Source: Candidatus Harrisonbacteria bacterium (GTDB lineage: Bacteria; Patescibacteriota; Minisyncoccia; UBA6257; UBA11618). From it: DNA of 64,000 nucleotides. Location: the NCBI GenBank assembly GCA_016867415.1, contig VGJO01000002.1:118472-182471 (forward strand), in the 5' to 3' direction. Made by a program: the position numbers and the translations under genes. This document shows positions 1 through 9,010 of this stretch, piece by piece. The notes below the pieces were generated by a model. The model saw only the letters and a program-made list of their open reading frames with translations, had not been told where the DNA came from and ran no database searches. Position 1 is the first letter of the stretch. Each line of letters begins with the position of its first letter.

Positions 1-449
1 TGAATCAGGAACAAAAAATAAATAAGGAAGAAATAAAAAAAACATTCCATTAAGAAAAACTGTCAAGGTCACATTAAAAAATAATTTCTTTCCCTGCTCA
101 TTACTTTTTTTCTTAATATATAAAGTAACTAAAGAAGGAATAGCAATTATTATGCAAATCAAAATAGTAAGCGCACTTTAAATATTTTTAAGTAAATAAT
201 GTAAATCATGCTCACCAAATAAATAATGCCTACCCTCAGCAGTATTTTGAAATTCTAGTAAAAACTCTAATAATTGAGGAACAAAATACCAATAACAAAA
301 AACAACTATAAATATTAGAAAAACTAAAAAAAAGCTTTTATAGGACCAAGATAAAAAAAACTTTTATGAAAAACTGATGTTTCATCGATTGTGCTTATTA
401 TAAGTTAATTATATTTTTAGAAAAAAATACAAAAACCTTCTTCATGGGG

Positions 450-521
450 TGCGCGCGGGAGGGATCGAACCTCCGACACCTGCAATGTGAATGCAGTGCT
501 CTACCACTGAGCTACGCACGC
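450..521 (-). tRNA. tRNA-Val (anticodon CAC)
   Basis: Hand-folded cloverleaf on minus strand: acceptor GCGTGCG/CGCGCGC (one G-U), D arm GCTC-AGTGGTA-GAGC, anticodon stem CTGCA/TGCAG with loop TTCACAT, T arm GGAGG-TTCGATC-CCTCC; CCA not encoded. Confidence 0.8.
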
Positions 522-594
522 GGTCATTCTTCATTCTATTTCTTTTCCAAAACAAAATGAAGAATACCTATCAATATCTGTATTTTTAAACATT

Positions 595-732
595 ACGCTA
601 GCACTAGATGCAAACGCAGGATTTTTGGATGAAGTTTCCTATTTCTTTTCGAGCAGCGAACGGAGCATACTGGATCTGAGTATGTGAGTACGCAGCGCAG
701 AAAAAAATGGGAAACTTTACCAAAAAGACAAG
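595..732 (+). repeat. Family A intergenic repeat, copy R1 (ends 1 nt before rplL stop codon)
   Basis: Shares ggatttttgga...ttcttttcgagcag...ggagcatactg...agtatgtgag...gaaaaaaat...ccaaaaag...caagc with 9 other copies. Confidence 0.75.
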
Positions 733-1125
733 CTATTTAAGCTCTACCGTGGCGCCAGCTGCTTCAAGCTGCGCCTTAAGCGCATCCGCATCCTCCTTCT
801 TCATCCCCTCTTTCACCGTCTTTGGTGCGGCATCCACCAAAGCCTTCGCCTCAGTAAGACCCAAACCAGTCGCTTCCTTTACTGCCTTGATAACGGCAAT
901 CTTCTGCGCACCGCCATCCTTTAAGACCACATCATAAGTAGACTTTTCTTCCGCCGCTGCTCCTTCTGAAGCTCCGGCACCAGCCGCCATCATAGGCATC
1001 GCCGCCGACACACCAAACTTCTCTTCGATAGCCGAGACCACCTCCGAGAGTTCAATCGCGGTCATCTTCTCAATTTGAGCAAGAAGATCTGCATACTTTT
1101 CCACTAACATTTTTTTATCTTCCAT
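733..1125 (-). CDS. rplL: 50S ribosomal protein L7/L12
   Basis: 130 aa; Ala/Glu-rich hinge; C-terminal domain [24 protein letters not shown]...ELK typical of L7/L12. Confidence 0.93.
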   Translation of the reverse strand: MEDKKMLVEKYADLLAQIEKMTAIELSEVVSAIEEKFGVSAAMPMMAAGAGASEGAAAEEKSTYDVVLKDGGAQKIAVIKAVKEATGLGLTEAKALVDAAPKTVKEGMKKEDADALKAQLEAAGATVELK

Positions 1126-1160
1126 ATTTTTATCTTATTTTTATTCTTATATCTAATCTA

Positions 1161-1283
1161 AAGAAGTAATTTTGGAGGATTTTTTTATTTTTCTTCTGAG
1201 TACGGGACGGAGCATACTGCAAGAAGTATATGAGTACCGAACGGAAGAAAAAAATAAAAAAAGACCCAAAAGTACGAAGTGAC
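1161..1283 (+). repeat. Family A intergenic repeat, copy R2 (between rplJ and rplL)
   Basis: aagtaattttggaggattttt...ggagcatactgcaagaagtatatgag...gacccaaaagtacgaag; outer helix gatttttttatttttcttc / gaagaaaaaaataaaaa. Confidence 0.75.
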
Positions 1284-1295
1284 TTCAATAATTAA

Positions 1296-1802
1296 CTATT
1301 TTACTAGAGATTCTTTTCTCGCATTAAGAGCATACATGAGACTCCGGACCGGATATGAAAGCGAAAACGCAATCTGAGTGATAAGTACCGCTCGAGTGGG
1401 TAACTTCGAAAGAGTCACAAAATCCTTAGCCGTTATCTCCTGCTTTTCCGCAAAATTATAGCCGCCTAAGACCTTTAGCTCTTTTTTCTGCTTTTCAAGC
1501 TCTTTCACAAATTTAGAGAGCTTATTCGCCACCTCAATCACATCCCCCATCACAAAGATAGTTGCCGCTTGCGCATCAAACTGCGTCGGATCGTATTCAA
1601 TCCCCGCTTCCTTAAACGCCACCTTCATAAGTCGCTTCTTATACACTGACATTTTTGCATTCAGTTCTCGAAGAAGCGTCCGAAGAACGCGAATATCTTT
1701 TACCGGCACCCCAGAAAAATCAGCAAAAAGGAGGCTATTCGAGGCCTTCATCGTTTCCACGGCTTCCGCAATATGCGCTTGTTTCTGTTTTTTAGTAAGC
1801 AT
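1296..1802 (-). CDS. rplJ: 50S ribosomal protein L10
   Basis: 168 aa; L10 family N-terminus (KKQ..I...V........L..DF.G) immediately upstream of rplL on same strand. Confidence 0.88.
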   Translation of the reverse strand: MLTKKQKQAHIAEAVETMKASNSLLFADFSGVPVKDIRVLRTLLRELNAKMSVYKKRLMKVAFKEAGIEYDPTQFDAQAATIFVMGDVIEVANKLSKFVKELEKQKKELKVLGGYNFAEKQEITAKDFVTLSKLPTRAVLITQIAFSLSYPVRSLMYALNARKESLVK

Positions 1803-1994
1803 TATAGTAGCTCTGATTTTTAAAAAACCAGAAAAAATCTTCGATTATTATTCTTTTTATAAGAATAATAAAAAACGACCTTTCGGCCGCAAACAAAATA
1901 GAAGTAAAGCAATAAAAATTGCTTTTTCCTCGGCAGGACCTCTGGGTTTCCCCCGCCTGCTGTCTGCGGAACTCTTATTAATATATATTGTATT

Positions 1995-2032
1995 CTAAAA
2001 AAAGTAAAGCCCTACTCTATATAATGTAGGGC
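1995..2032 (-). terminator. Rho-independent terminator candidate downstream of trmD
   Basis: Hairpin gccctac-tctatataat-gtagggc followed on minus strand by T-run (plus-strand A-run 1996-2008). Confidence 0.45.
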
Positions 2033-2343
2033 TAAAAAGTCACACCAAGTAAATCTTCTTCTCAGAAATACATGAATCAGAAAGATACCATTTCCGATCA
2101 TTAAGTTTCCTCAGAAGTTCTAATTCTTCTTAATCAATTTCTTCTTTATTTCGAGCGAGCCGCTTTTTCTGAAGCAAAGTGCTACCAAATAAAAAGGTAA
2201 TTTGGGCCTCCACTACTGCTATATTCTTCTATAAAAGAAAATAGTGGTAAAAGGGGAAAAATATTATTCTTCAAAGTGAGCAAACTGAAAAAAAGATGGT
2301 GCGGCCGAAAGAAAGATAAATGGGTAAGACTGGGGTTTATATT

Positions 2344-2991
2344 TTAAAGTTTAAAACTTTTCCTCCATTCCTCGATTTTTTTATGATTTCCTTCTTGTAG
2401 TACCTCCGGCACCTTCCACTCCTTAAATTCCGCCGGACGAGTATAGGTGGGATAGCTTCCTTTTGTTTCTTCCAATGACTCCATCTTTCCTAGTACTCCC
2501 GGCACAAATCGAGAAACCGCATCGATTGTGACCATCGCCGGCAATTCCCCACCAGTAAGGACATAATCGCCAATCGAAAGCTCCTCATCAGCGAGATACT
2601 CTGCCACCCGCTCATCTACCCCCTCATATCGCCCAGAGATTAAAATAAGTTCATCATATTTTTCCGCATATTCTTTCGCCACCTCATTCGTCAGCTTTCT
2701 TCCTCGGGTCGAAAAAAGCACCACCCGCGCCCGCGGTTTTTTCTTCCTTTTCGCAAACTTTGCTTTTATTTTCTCTACCGCTCGATAGATCGGCTCCACC
2801 TTCAAGACCATCCCAGGTCCCCCGCCAAAGGGCGAATCATCCACTGTCTTATGCTTATCTTTCGGATCCGTGTAATCCCTTAGCTGCATGAGCTCCACTT
2901 GAATTGCTTTTTTCTTTTTTCCGCGTGCTAAAACCGATGTCTCAAGATATGAGAATGCTTCTGGAAATAAAGTTATAACCGTAAATTTCAT
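2344..2991 (-). CDS. trmD: tRNA (guanine37-N1)-methyltransferase TrmD
   Basis: ORF 2344..3036; conserved MKFTVITLFPE start and GGGPGMV, ISGRYEGVDER, LTGGELPAMV motifs; start moved to internal Met at 2991. Confidence 0.88.
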   Translation of the reverse strand: MKFTVITLFPEAFSYLETSVLARGKKKKAIQVELMQLRDYTDPKDKHKTVDDSPFGGGPGMVLKVEPIYRAVEKIKAKFAKRKKKPRARVVLFSTRGRKLTNEVAKEYAEKYDELILISGRYEGVDERVAEYLADEELSIGDYVLTGGELPAMVTIDAVSRFVPGVLGKMESLEETKGSYPTYTRPAEFKEWKVPEVLQEGNHKKIEEWRKSFKL

Positions 2992-3016
2992 AGTAATAGT
3001 ATAATTGTTACATTTG

Positions 3017-3052
3017 TAAAAAAATAAAAACCACAAAAAATATTGTGGTTTT
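3017..3052 (-). terminator. Hairpin plus U-tract between KH-protein gene and trmD (attenuator/terminator-like)
   Basis: ccacaa-aaaatat-ttgtgg stem flanked by A/T runs; on minus strand followed by tttttattttttt. Confidence 0.3.
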
Positions 3053-3075
3053 TATTTTTTAAAACTAAAAGCGAG

Positions 3076-3369
3076 TTAGTAGTTACTATCATCGTTCGAG
3101 CTCATTCTTGGCGCTCGTCCGCCCTCCGGCTCCTCAATCTTTAGATTGACGCGGGCATTATTTTTGACACCCACAATTCGGAGTAAGGATCGGATAGCCT
3201 TCGCGGTCGAACCCTGCCGACCTACCACGACTCCCATGTCCTGCGGATTTACTCTCAGGGAAAGTAAAACGCCCATCTCATCGACTTTGCGCTCTACTTT
3301 GACATCCGATGGATTATCAACAATAGCCTCCACTAAAGTCTGCAGAAATTCCTGATCTCTTTCAGCCAT
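3076..3369 (-). CDS. KH-domain RNA-binding protein (YlqC/KhpA-like)
   Basis: 97 aa; VVGRQGSTAKAIRSLL is a KH GXXG loop context; sits between rpsP and trmD as in the conserved rpsP-KH-rimM-trmD-rplS cluster. Confidence 0.7.
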   Translation of the reverse strand: MAERDQEFLQTLVEAIVDNPSDVKVERKVDEMGVLLSLRVNPQDMGVVVGRQGSTAKAIRSLLRIVGVKNNARVNLKIEEPEGGRAPRMSSNDDSNY

Positions 3370-3469
3370 TCTTTCGAAATTTAGTAATAGTCTTTCTTTC
3401 CCGACCTTTTCTGTACCCAGCTAGTATAGCAAAAAGAAGAAAAAGAAGCAAAAAAATAAGGCAAAAGCC

Positions 3470-3757
3470 TTATTTTTTTGCTTCTTCAGCCTTTTTTCTA
3501 CTATGAACCGCAATTTTCTTTCCTTCAATCACCGCATTTTTAACAAGAAGATTATTCACCGTATCTGTCTTCTGCGCTCCGACACTAATCCAGTGCTTCA
3601 CGCGATCTGCATTTATCTTCGTCTCTTTGGAGTGCGGATTGTAATACCCGAGATCTTCAAGCACCTTTCCATCATTTTTGTCTCGGCGCTCATTAACAAT
3701 CAAGCGATATGCCGCCTGATGCTTCTTGCCAATCCGCTTAAGCTTTAATACCAACAT
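3470..3757 (-). CDS. rpsP: 30S ribosomal protein S16
   Basis: 95 aa; MLVLKLKRIGKKHQAAYRLIV...YYNP matches S16 family N-terminus. Confidence 0.9.
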   Translation of the reverse strand: MLVLKLKRIGKKHQAAYRLIVNERRDKNDGKVLEDLGYYNPHSKETKINADRVKHWISVGAQKTDTVNNLLVKNAVIEGKKIAVHSRKKAEEAKK

Positions 3758-3782
3758 AATAAATAAGTGCTCCCAGTATAAT

Positions 3783-3811
3783 AAAACCCCTCCAAATTGT
3801 CAATTAAACGA
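3783..3811 (-). promoter_or_regulatory. Candidate sigma70-type promoter for rpsP
   Basis: On minus strand TTGACA - 17 nt - TATACT ending 17 nt upstream of rpsP ATG. Confidence 0.3.
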
Positions 3812-3879
3812 ATAACCCTTATCTTAATATTACCAAACAGATAATCGTGACAAATATGAGCAGGATTTTTGTCCCTATG

Positions 3880-4067
3880 ATGAGCCTCCACTAGCAATAA
3901 TAGGCTTTAAAAGAAAAAATAAAAACTTCATTAAAGAATGAATAAAATAAGATAAAGCGAGCGAAAGAAAGAGAGGCTTGCGAGGAGGTATGCTGGGCTA
4001 ATGTATGTCGACGAGCAAACAGAATTTTCGACAAAGTCAGAGGAAAAAGAAAAGCGCCAAAAAACAA
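3880..4067 (+). repeat. Degenerate family A-like element, copy R0, abutting smc stop codon; starts with GAGCCTCCAC motif
   Basis: aggtatgctgggctaatgtatgtcgacgagc resembles R8 core cagcatactgggctaagtctgtgagg; 3' end gaaaagcgccaaaaaacaat directly precedes tta (smc stop). Confidence 0.5.
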
Positions 4068-6143
4068 TTATAATTTCATCGACACCACGCGACTATAGCC
4101 TTCCGGAGTCATTGATACGCCATAAATCGCATCCGCCGCCTCCATCACCGCCCGATTATGGGTAATTAATATAAACTGCATCTCTTTTTTCATCTCAGAA
4201 AGAAGCTCTGCAAATCGCCGACAATTCCGCTCATCAAGTGGTGCATCCACCTCATCAAAAAGTAAGAATGGTGGCGCTGATACCGAAGCCAGAGCAAAAA
4301 GCGCCGCTATTCCCAAAAGACTCCGCTCTCCGCCAGAAAATGAAAGCACGCTCTTCGCTCCTTTGTGACCAAGCTCCGCTTGCATCTCCACTCCTTCCTC
4401 TGGAGTAAGAAAAAGTTCTACTTTTCCATCCTTAAACATCCGCAAAAAATTATCCGACAGCCGCTCTTTCACTAAAGAAAACTTCAGAGAAAACTCCTTC
4501 CGAACCAAGTCCTTCAGCTCGCCAATAATCTTTATAAGATTCTCCCGGCTTATTCGTATATCCGCAAGCTCCTTAATAAGGAGAGCATTCCGCTCCTCCG
4601 CCACTCTTGCCTCAAGAAGAACATTTTCATCGATAAGACCTACCCTATTAAGCTCATCCATCGTCCGCTTTCGCTTCCTAGTCACCTCTTCCAAAAGCGG
4701 GGCGGAGCCTTCTCCTATTTCATCAAAAGAAAAATCATCTTCACTCATCCCCACCTCTCTTAGCTCATATTGATACAATTCATTTTCTTTCTGCCACTCC
4801 TCTTCTTGCCGATTGAGCTCCCGGAGCCCATACTCTGTTTCGCGTAATTCATCTTTTTCCTTCTCTATCTCTCTTTCTTTCTCTCTAAACTGCAATCGCA
4901 TTTTCTCTTTTTCCTCCTCAATCTTCTGGAGTTCTTTCTGAAGTTTTTCCCGCACCTGCCTTGCATTTGCTATCTGCTCTTTTTCTTTAGTAAAATCCAA
5001 TTCCTTCTGCGATTCTTGTTTCATTACAAGCTCTTGAGGCTCTTCCTCTCCTAAATATTCTTTCCCCATTTTCCGAATATCTTTGAGCCCCCTCCCCATT
5101 GCCGTCACTCCTCCTTTCTCAATTGCCCGTTCCGCCGTCATAACTATAGAAAAAACTAATTCATTCTCCTGTTTTTTTTGAAGAGATTTTGTAACCGGTA
5201 GAGTCTTGCTAGCCACCACTTCAATGCGCTGCTCCATAAGAGAAACAAAAGAAAAAATCTCCTGCTCTTTCTCCTCCATCTGTCTCTTTATCAACGAAAT
5301 TTTCTTTTCGATAGTTATGAAATCTGGTTGCTCAATAAGCGACATCAAAGTCACCTCTGAAATTCTTTTTAAAAAAGACTCTTTCTGGAGAATAAGTTGC
5401 TCTTTCCGCTCTTTTATTGCAAAAAAATCACGACGCAATAATCCTTTTATTAAAGAAAAATATTGAAGATGAAGCTCAGTGAGTTTCTTTTCGAGATCTT
5501 CCTGTTTCTTTTTCCTCTCTGCTTCACGCCGGAGGATGGTAAGCCGTGGTAAAAGACCTTCAAGTTCTATCTCTGCTCGAGCAATATTTTCCTCAGTGAG
5601 CGTTAGTTTTCGCTCTGCCTCCTCTCCTTTCATTCGGTACCCCTTAAGACCAAAAATTTCCTCGAGAAGGGCTCGTCGCTGAAGAGGCTTTGAAAGTACA
5701 AAAGCATCAGCCTCTCCCTGATTCACAATCATCATTCCCCGCGCCCCGATCCGTGAGTGGGCAAAAAGCTCCACCGCATCCTTGAGCCGCATAGCACTGT
5801 TATTAATAAGACATTCCGAATCCCCATTCTTATATACTCGTCTTGTAATAAGAAGTTCGGGAAAATCGCTAGCCAACTTTCCCTCATGATTCAAAAGCGT
5901 GAGACTTGCATACCCAGCACTCATCCCCTGCTTCTTCTTACTCCCAGAAAATATCAGTCCCGAAAGATCTTCACTCCGAATATTCTTCGCTTCTCGCTCT
6001 CCCAAAACAAACCGAAACGCTTCGACAATATTTGATTTCCCCGAACCATTCGGGCCAACGATCGTGGTCACCCCCGCCGGAAACTCAATCTCCGTCTTCT
6101 CCGCAAATGACTTAAACCCAGAAAGCTCGAGACTCTTTAGCAT
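4068..6143 (-). CDS. smc: Chromosome segregation protein SMC, shortened form (691 aa)
   Basis: N-terminal Walker A FKSF...GPNGSGKSNIVEAFRFVLGE; long coiled-coil; C-terminal LSGGERSLLGIAALFAL...LLFDEVDAPLD signature/Walker B/D-loop. Confidence 0.85.
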   Translation of the reverse strand: MLKSLELSGFKSFAEKTEIEFPAGVTTIVGPNGSGKSNIVEAFRFVLGEREAKNIRSEDLSGLIFSGSKKKQGMSAGYASLTLLNHEGKLASDFPELLITRRVYKNGDSECLINNSAMRLKDAVELFAHSRIGARGMMIVNQGEADAFVLSKPLQRRALLEEIFGLKGYRMKGEEAERKLTLTEENIARAEIELEGLLPRLTILRREAERKKKQEDLEKKLTELHLQYFSLIKGLLRRDFFAIKERKEQLILQKESFLKRISEVTLMSLIEQPDFITIEKKISLIKRQMEEKEQEIFSFVSLMEQRIEVVASKTLPVTKSLQKKQENELVFSIVMTAERAIEKGGVTAMGRGLKDIRKMGKEYLGEEEPQELVMKQESQKELDFTKEKEQIANARQVREKLQKELQKIEEEKEKMRLQFREKEREIEKEKDELRETEYGLRELNRQEEEWQKENELYQYELREVGMSEDDFSFDEIGEGSAPLLEEVTRKRKRTMDELNRVGLIDENVLLEARVAEERNALLIKELADIRISRENLIKIIGELKDLVRKEFSLKFSLVKERLSDNFLRMFKDGKVELFLTPEEGVEMQAELGHKGAKSVLSFSGGERSLLGIAALFALASVSAPPFLLFDEVDAPLDERNCRRFAELLSEMKKEMQFILITHNRAVMEAADAIYGVSMTPEGYSRVVSMKL

Positions 6144-6297
6144 AAAAAAATAAACAGTACCTCTAGTATATCAAAAAAGATTTTTAAAGATAAAAAAAGC
6201 AGTCATCTAGTAACCGATCTTCCTAGTCAAGTTCATAAAAAAAGAAAATTATTTTCCTTGCCTTTTTTCCTCTCAATCAAATGGTTTTGCAATATCA

Positions 6298-6552
6298 TCA
6301 AAATTCATATGAGAAAGATAAGAAAAAAGATTTCTCATAAATTTTAGCTAAAAGTACTTCCCTATCACGATTGATTGTAATCACTTTTCTGAATCTGAGA
6401 AGAGCTTCCCCTCTATAATTTGGCAAAAAATTTGAAATTTTATTAAGAGATGGATGAGGGGGTGTCTCTTCATAATCTAAAAAATATTCCTCTGTTTCAG
6501 GAATATCAATATTTTTTTCCGACGCATATCCGTGCAATTTGTATAGATCCAT
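6298..6552 (-). CDS. hypothetical small protein (weak)
   Basis: 84-aa ORF only; no recognisable motif; overlaps another predicted ORF. Confidence 0.2.
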   Translation of the reverse strand: MDLYKLHGYASEKNIDIPETEEYFLDYEETPPHPSLNKISNFLPNYRGEALLRFRKVITINRDREVLLAKIYEKSFFLSFSYEF

Positions 6553-6611
6553 AAAATAATCCCGAACATCAAGAAAATCTCCACACCACTAAAAAAGCTC
6601 TCTTCCCTATC

Positions 6612-6742
6612 GTGACTATTCTGAAGAAAAGATCTTAATTTTTTATGGTATTTTTTATCTCCTTTTTCCCCAAAAAAATCCTTTTCAAGGACAGAAGAAT
6701 CCATTCTCAGGATTGGATTCTGAGTCACAGAAAGAGAGAAGA
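6612..6742 (+). repeat. Family B repeat fragment (B5)
   Basis: cgtgactattctgaagaaaag...tttttatggtatttttt...ttttcaaggacagaagaa...gagtcacagaaag matches family B 3' module. Confidence 0.55.
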
Positions 6743-6775
6743 AATTTTTTAAAAATAACAGTACAAATCCGTGCT

Positions 6776-7456
6776 TTATTTCTCCAAAGCCTTCTTCGCC
6801 GCCTCCGCCTCTGCCTCCTGCTTTGAAAAGCCTTTTCCCTTCGCTAGCAATACTCCATCCACATACACTCCCACTTCAAAAGTCTTTTCGTGTTCCGGTC
6901 CCTCCTCATGAGTTACCCGGTACTCTGGAGTAATTTTCTTCTCTTTCTGAATCTCTTCCTGAAGGAGGCTCTTAGGATCACGATAATTTCCACTCTTTAA
7001 GACCTCGTGCAAATACTTCATCAAAAATCGATCAAGATACCCCTTCACCGCGCCGTAGCCCCCATCCAGATATATCGCCCCAATCAAAGCCTCCGCCGCA
7101 TTCGCAAGGATCACTTCCATCGCCCGCTTTGTGTCCCGCGCCTCTCCTCGCGATACGAGCATCTTCTTCTCAAGACCACTTTCCTTCGCTACCTCCGCCA
7201 TCATTAAGTAATTGACAAGTGATGCTCGGAGCGGCGTAAGCGCCCCCTCACTTTTCTCTGGAAACCGATGATAAAGCTCCTCAGTCACAATAAGCTCGAG
7301 CACTGCATCTCCTAAAAATTCCAGTCGCTCATTATGAGGAAATGGCCATCTCGGATTTTCATTCAAATATGAGCGATGGGTAATCGCCTCCTTTAAATAC
7401 TCTGGCTTAGAAAATCGATATCCTATAGTTCTCTCTATTTCTCCAATATCCACCAT
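6776..7456 (-). CDS. rnc: Ribonuclease III
   Basis: 226 aa; RNase III signature ERLEFLGDAVLELIVTEELY; C-terminal dsRBD with GxGxSKxxAxxxAA-like KGKGFSKQEAEAEAAKKALE. Confidence 0.9.
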   Translation of the reverse strand: MVDIGEIERTIGYRFSKPEYLKEAITHRSYLNENPRWPFPHNERLEFLGDAVLELIVTEELYHRFPEKSEGALTPLRASLVNYLMMAEVAKESGLEKKMLVSRGEARDTKRAMEVILANAAEALIGAIYLDGGYGAVKGYLDRFLMKYLHEVLKSGNYRDPKSLLQEEIQKEKKITPEYRVTHEEGPEHEKTFEVGVYVDGVLLAKGKGFSKQEAEAEAAKKALEK

Positions 7457-7458
7457 AC

Positions 7459-7965
7459 CTATTCTTTATCCTGAGCTTGTCGAAGGACTTTAACCTCTTC
7501 CTTTTCTTTTTCCTCAGGTTTTTGAGACACTACTTCTTTTGGCAAAGTCGCCTCAATTTCCTTATACACCGTTCCTAAAACACCGTTAATAAATTTACCC
7601 GAATTCGGCCCCCCGTAATTTTTGGCAATCTCAATTGCTTCATTAATCGCCACTTTCGGCGGCACTTCATCCTTATTCGCATGCAAGAGCTCAAAAAGAC
7701 CTATCCGCAAGGCATTTCGATCAATGACCGCCACCTGCGGCAATGGCCACTCCGGCGCCGCCTTCTCAATAATGGCGTCGAGCTCATTAATGTGTTCAAT
7801 CACTCCCGAGACGAGTTTGAAAACAAATTCTGGCTCGTCAAAACCTGGAGCAAACTCATTAATATTGCGCTCCACTATCTTTGCTAAATCTTCCTTCTTA
7901 TCAAGAAAGTCCCATTCATAGAGGGACTGCAGGGCTATTGACCGCCCAAGCTGTCTAGTCGCCAT
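7459..7965 (-). CDS. nusB: Transcription antitermination factor NusB
   Basis: 168 aa; NusB-like helical protein with conserved [15 protein letters not shown]... region. Confidence 0.75.
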   Translation of the reverse strand: MATRQLGRSIALQSLYEWDFLDKKEDLAKIVERNINEFAPGFDEPEFVFKLVSGVIEHINELDAIIEKAAPEWPLPQVAVIDRNALRIGLFELLHANKDEVPPKVAINEAIEIAKNYGGPNSGKFINGVLGTVYKEIEATLPKEVVSQKPEEKEKEEVKVLRQAQDKE

Positions 7966-8010
7966 AATATAAAGTTAATTCTACCACACCACATAAGAAA
8001 GAAGAGTGAA

Positions 8011-8313
8011 TTACTCACTCTTCTTTTCCTCTTCCTTAGATTCGGCTACGACCTCTCCTTCCTCTTTCACTTCTTCTTGCTTTGCCTCTAGAACCACTTC
8101 TTCTTTTTTCTTTCTCGTAGTTTTCTTAGGCTTTATCTCCGCCGTTTTTGCTTCAAGCGGTCCATAATTACCACACTGCAAACATGCTCGATGAGGCAAG
8201 ACCGGACCGCCACACTTCACGCAGACTGCAAGCTTTATTTTCTTCAAAGCATGATGTGACCGTCTTCGGCCCACCTTGCCTTTACTGTGATGTTTAACTG
8301 GTACACCTCCCAT
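8011..8313 (-). CDS. rpmF: 50S ribosomal protein L32 (with Lys/Glu-rich C-terminal extension)
   Basis: N-terminus GGVPVKHHSKGKVGRRRSHHALK and Cys4 cluster CVKCG...CLQCG typical of L32. Confidence 0.75.
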   Translation of the reverse strand: MGGVPVKHHSKGKVGRRRSHHALKKIKLAVCVKCGGPVLPHRACLQCGNYGPLEAKTAEIKPKKTTRKKKEEVVLEAKQEEVKEEGEVVAESKEEEKKSE

Positions 8314-8345
8314 AGTCCGCTAATGATAACAAATAATAGAGAAAA

Positions 8346-8387
8346 GTCAATAAAATCAATTTTAGCTAAAAATTAGATTTTATTGAC
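8346..8387 (-). terminator. 12-bp perfect inverted repeat between rnhB and rpmF (terminator/regulatory hairpin)
   Basis: gtcaataaaatc ... gattttattgac separated by 18 nt. Confidence 0.3.
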
Positions 8388-8439
8388 CCCCGTGAAAGTA
8401 CTCCTCTTTACAGAGTAAACTATATAAATATCTTAAGTA

Positions 8440-9000
8440 TTAATGCAAAAAGCTCTTCCTATGCCACTCAGTCACTCCTAGTTTTTGTATCGCCTCCCTA
8501 TGCTCCCTCGTCCCATACCCTGCATTTCTTTCCCACCCATATCCTTGATATTTTTCCGCAAGCCCTGCCATCACTCTATCTCGCATTACTTTCGCGTATA
8601 CAGCCGCGAGCATCACTGCCGACACTTTCTGATCCGCTTTTATCATTGTCTCTTGATCAACATTTTTATCCACCAAAAAAAGCCCGCCATCAAGAACCAC
8701 TCTATCCCCTTTCTCTCTTACCGCCATATACGCAAAATTCGCACCAAGTCGCGCCGCCTGCAAAATATTTATCTTCTCAATTATTGCAACCGACAGACTC
8801 ACCGCTTCCGCCCTCAAAATTCCCGCCTGCTTCTGCTCCTCAATCCACTCCCACCACCACTCCCGTTCCGGCCTCGGCATCAGCTTCGAATCCCGTATTT
8901 CCTTGGGCAAACAAAGGGACACTGGCACCCGTACCGCCCCTACAGTCACCGGCCCCGCGAGGCACCCCCGCCCCACCTCATCTATTCCAATAAGATGCAT
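8440..9000 (-). CDS. rnhB: Ribonuclease HII
   Basis: 186 aa; N-terminal IGIDEVGRGCLAGPVTVGAV matches RNase HII catalytic motif (DEVGRG). Confidence 0.88.
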   Translation of the reverse strand: MHLIGIDEVGRGCLAGPVTVGAVRVPVSLCLPKEIRDSKLMPRPEREWWWEWIEEQKQAGILRAEAVSLSVAIIEKINILQAARLGANFAYMAVREKGDRVVLDGGLFLVDKNVDQETMIKADQKVSAVMLAAVYAKVMRDRVMAGLAEKYQGYGWERNAGYGTREHREAIQKLGVTEWHRKSFLH

Positions 9001-9010
9001 CTATAGAAAA

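Noticed and set aside
1-440. A/T-rich leader region before tRNA-Val as a possible gene
   Set aside because: No ORF of 60 aa or more and no recognisable RNA motif; left unannotated.
1878-2312. 12-bp inverted repeat 420 bp apart as MITE-like terminal inverted repeats
   Set aside because: A single occurrence; chance expectation for one such pair in 64 kb is not negligible, and no target-site duplication or further copies were seen. Kept only as a note within the rplJ-upstream finding.
6477-6728. 83-aa minus-strand ORF
   Set aside because: Largely overlapped by a family B repeat fragment and by another predicted ORF; probably non-coding.
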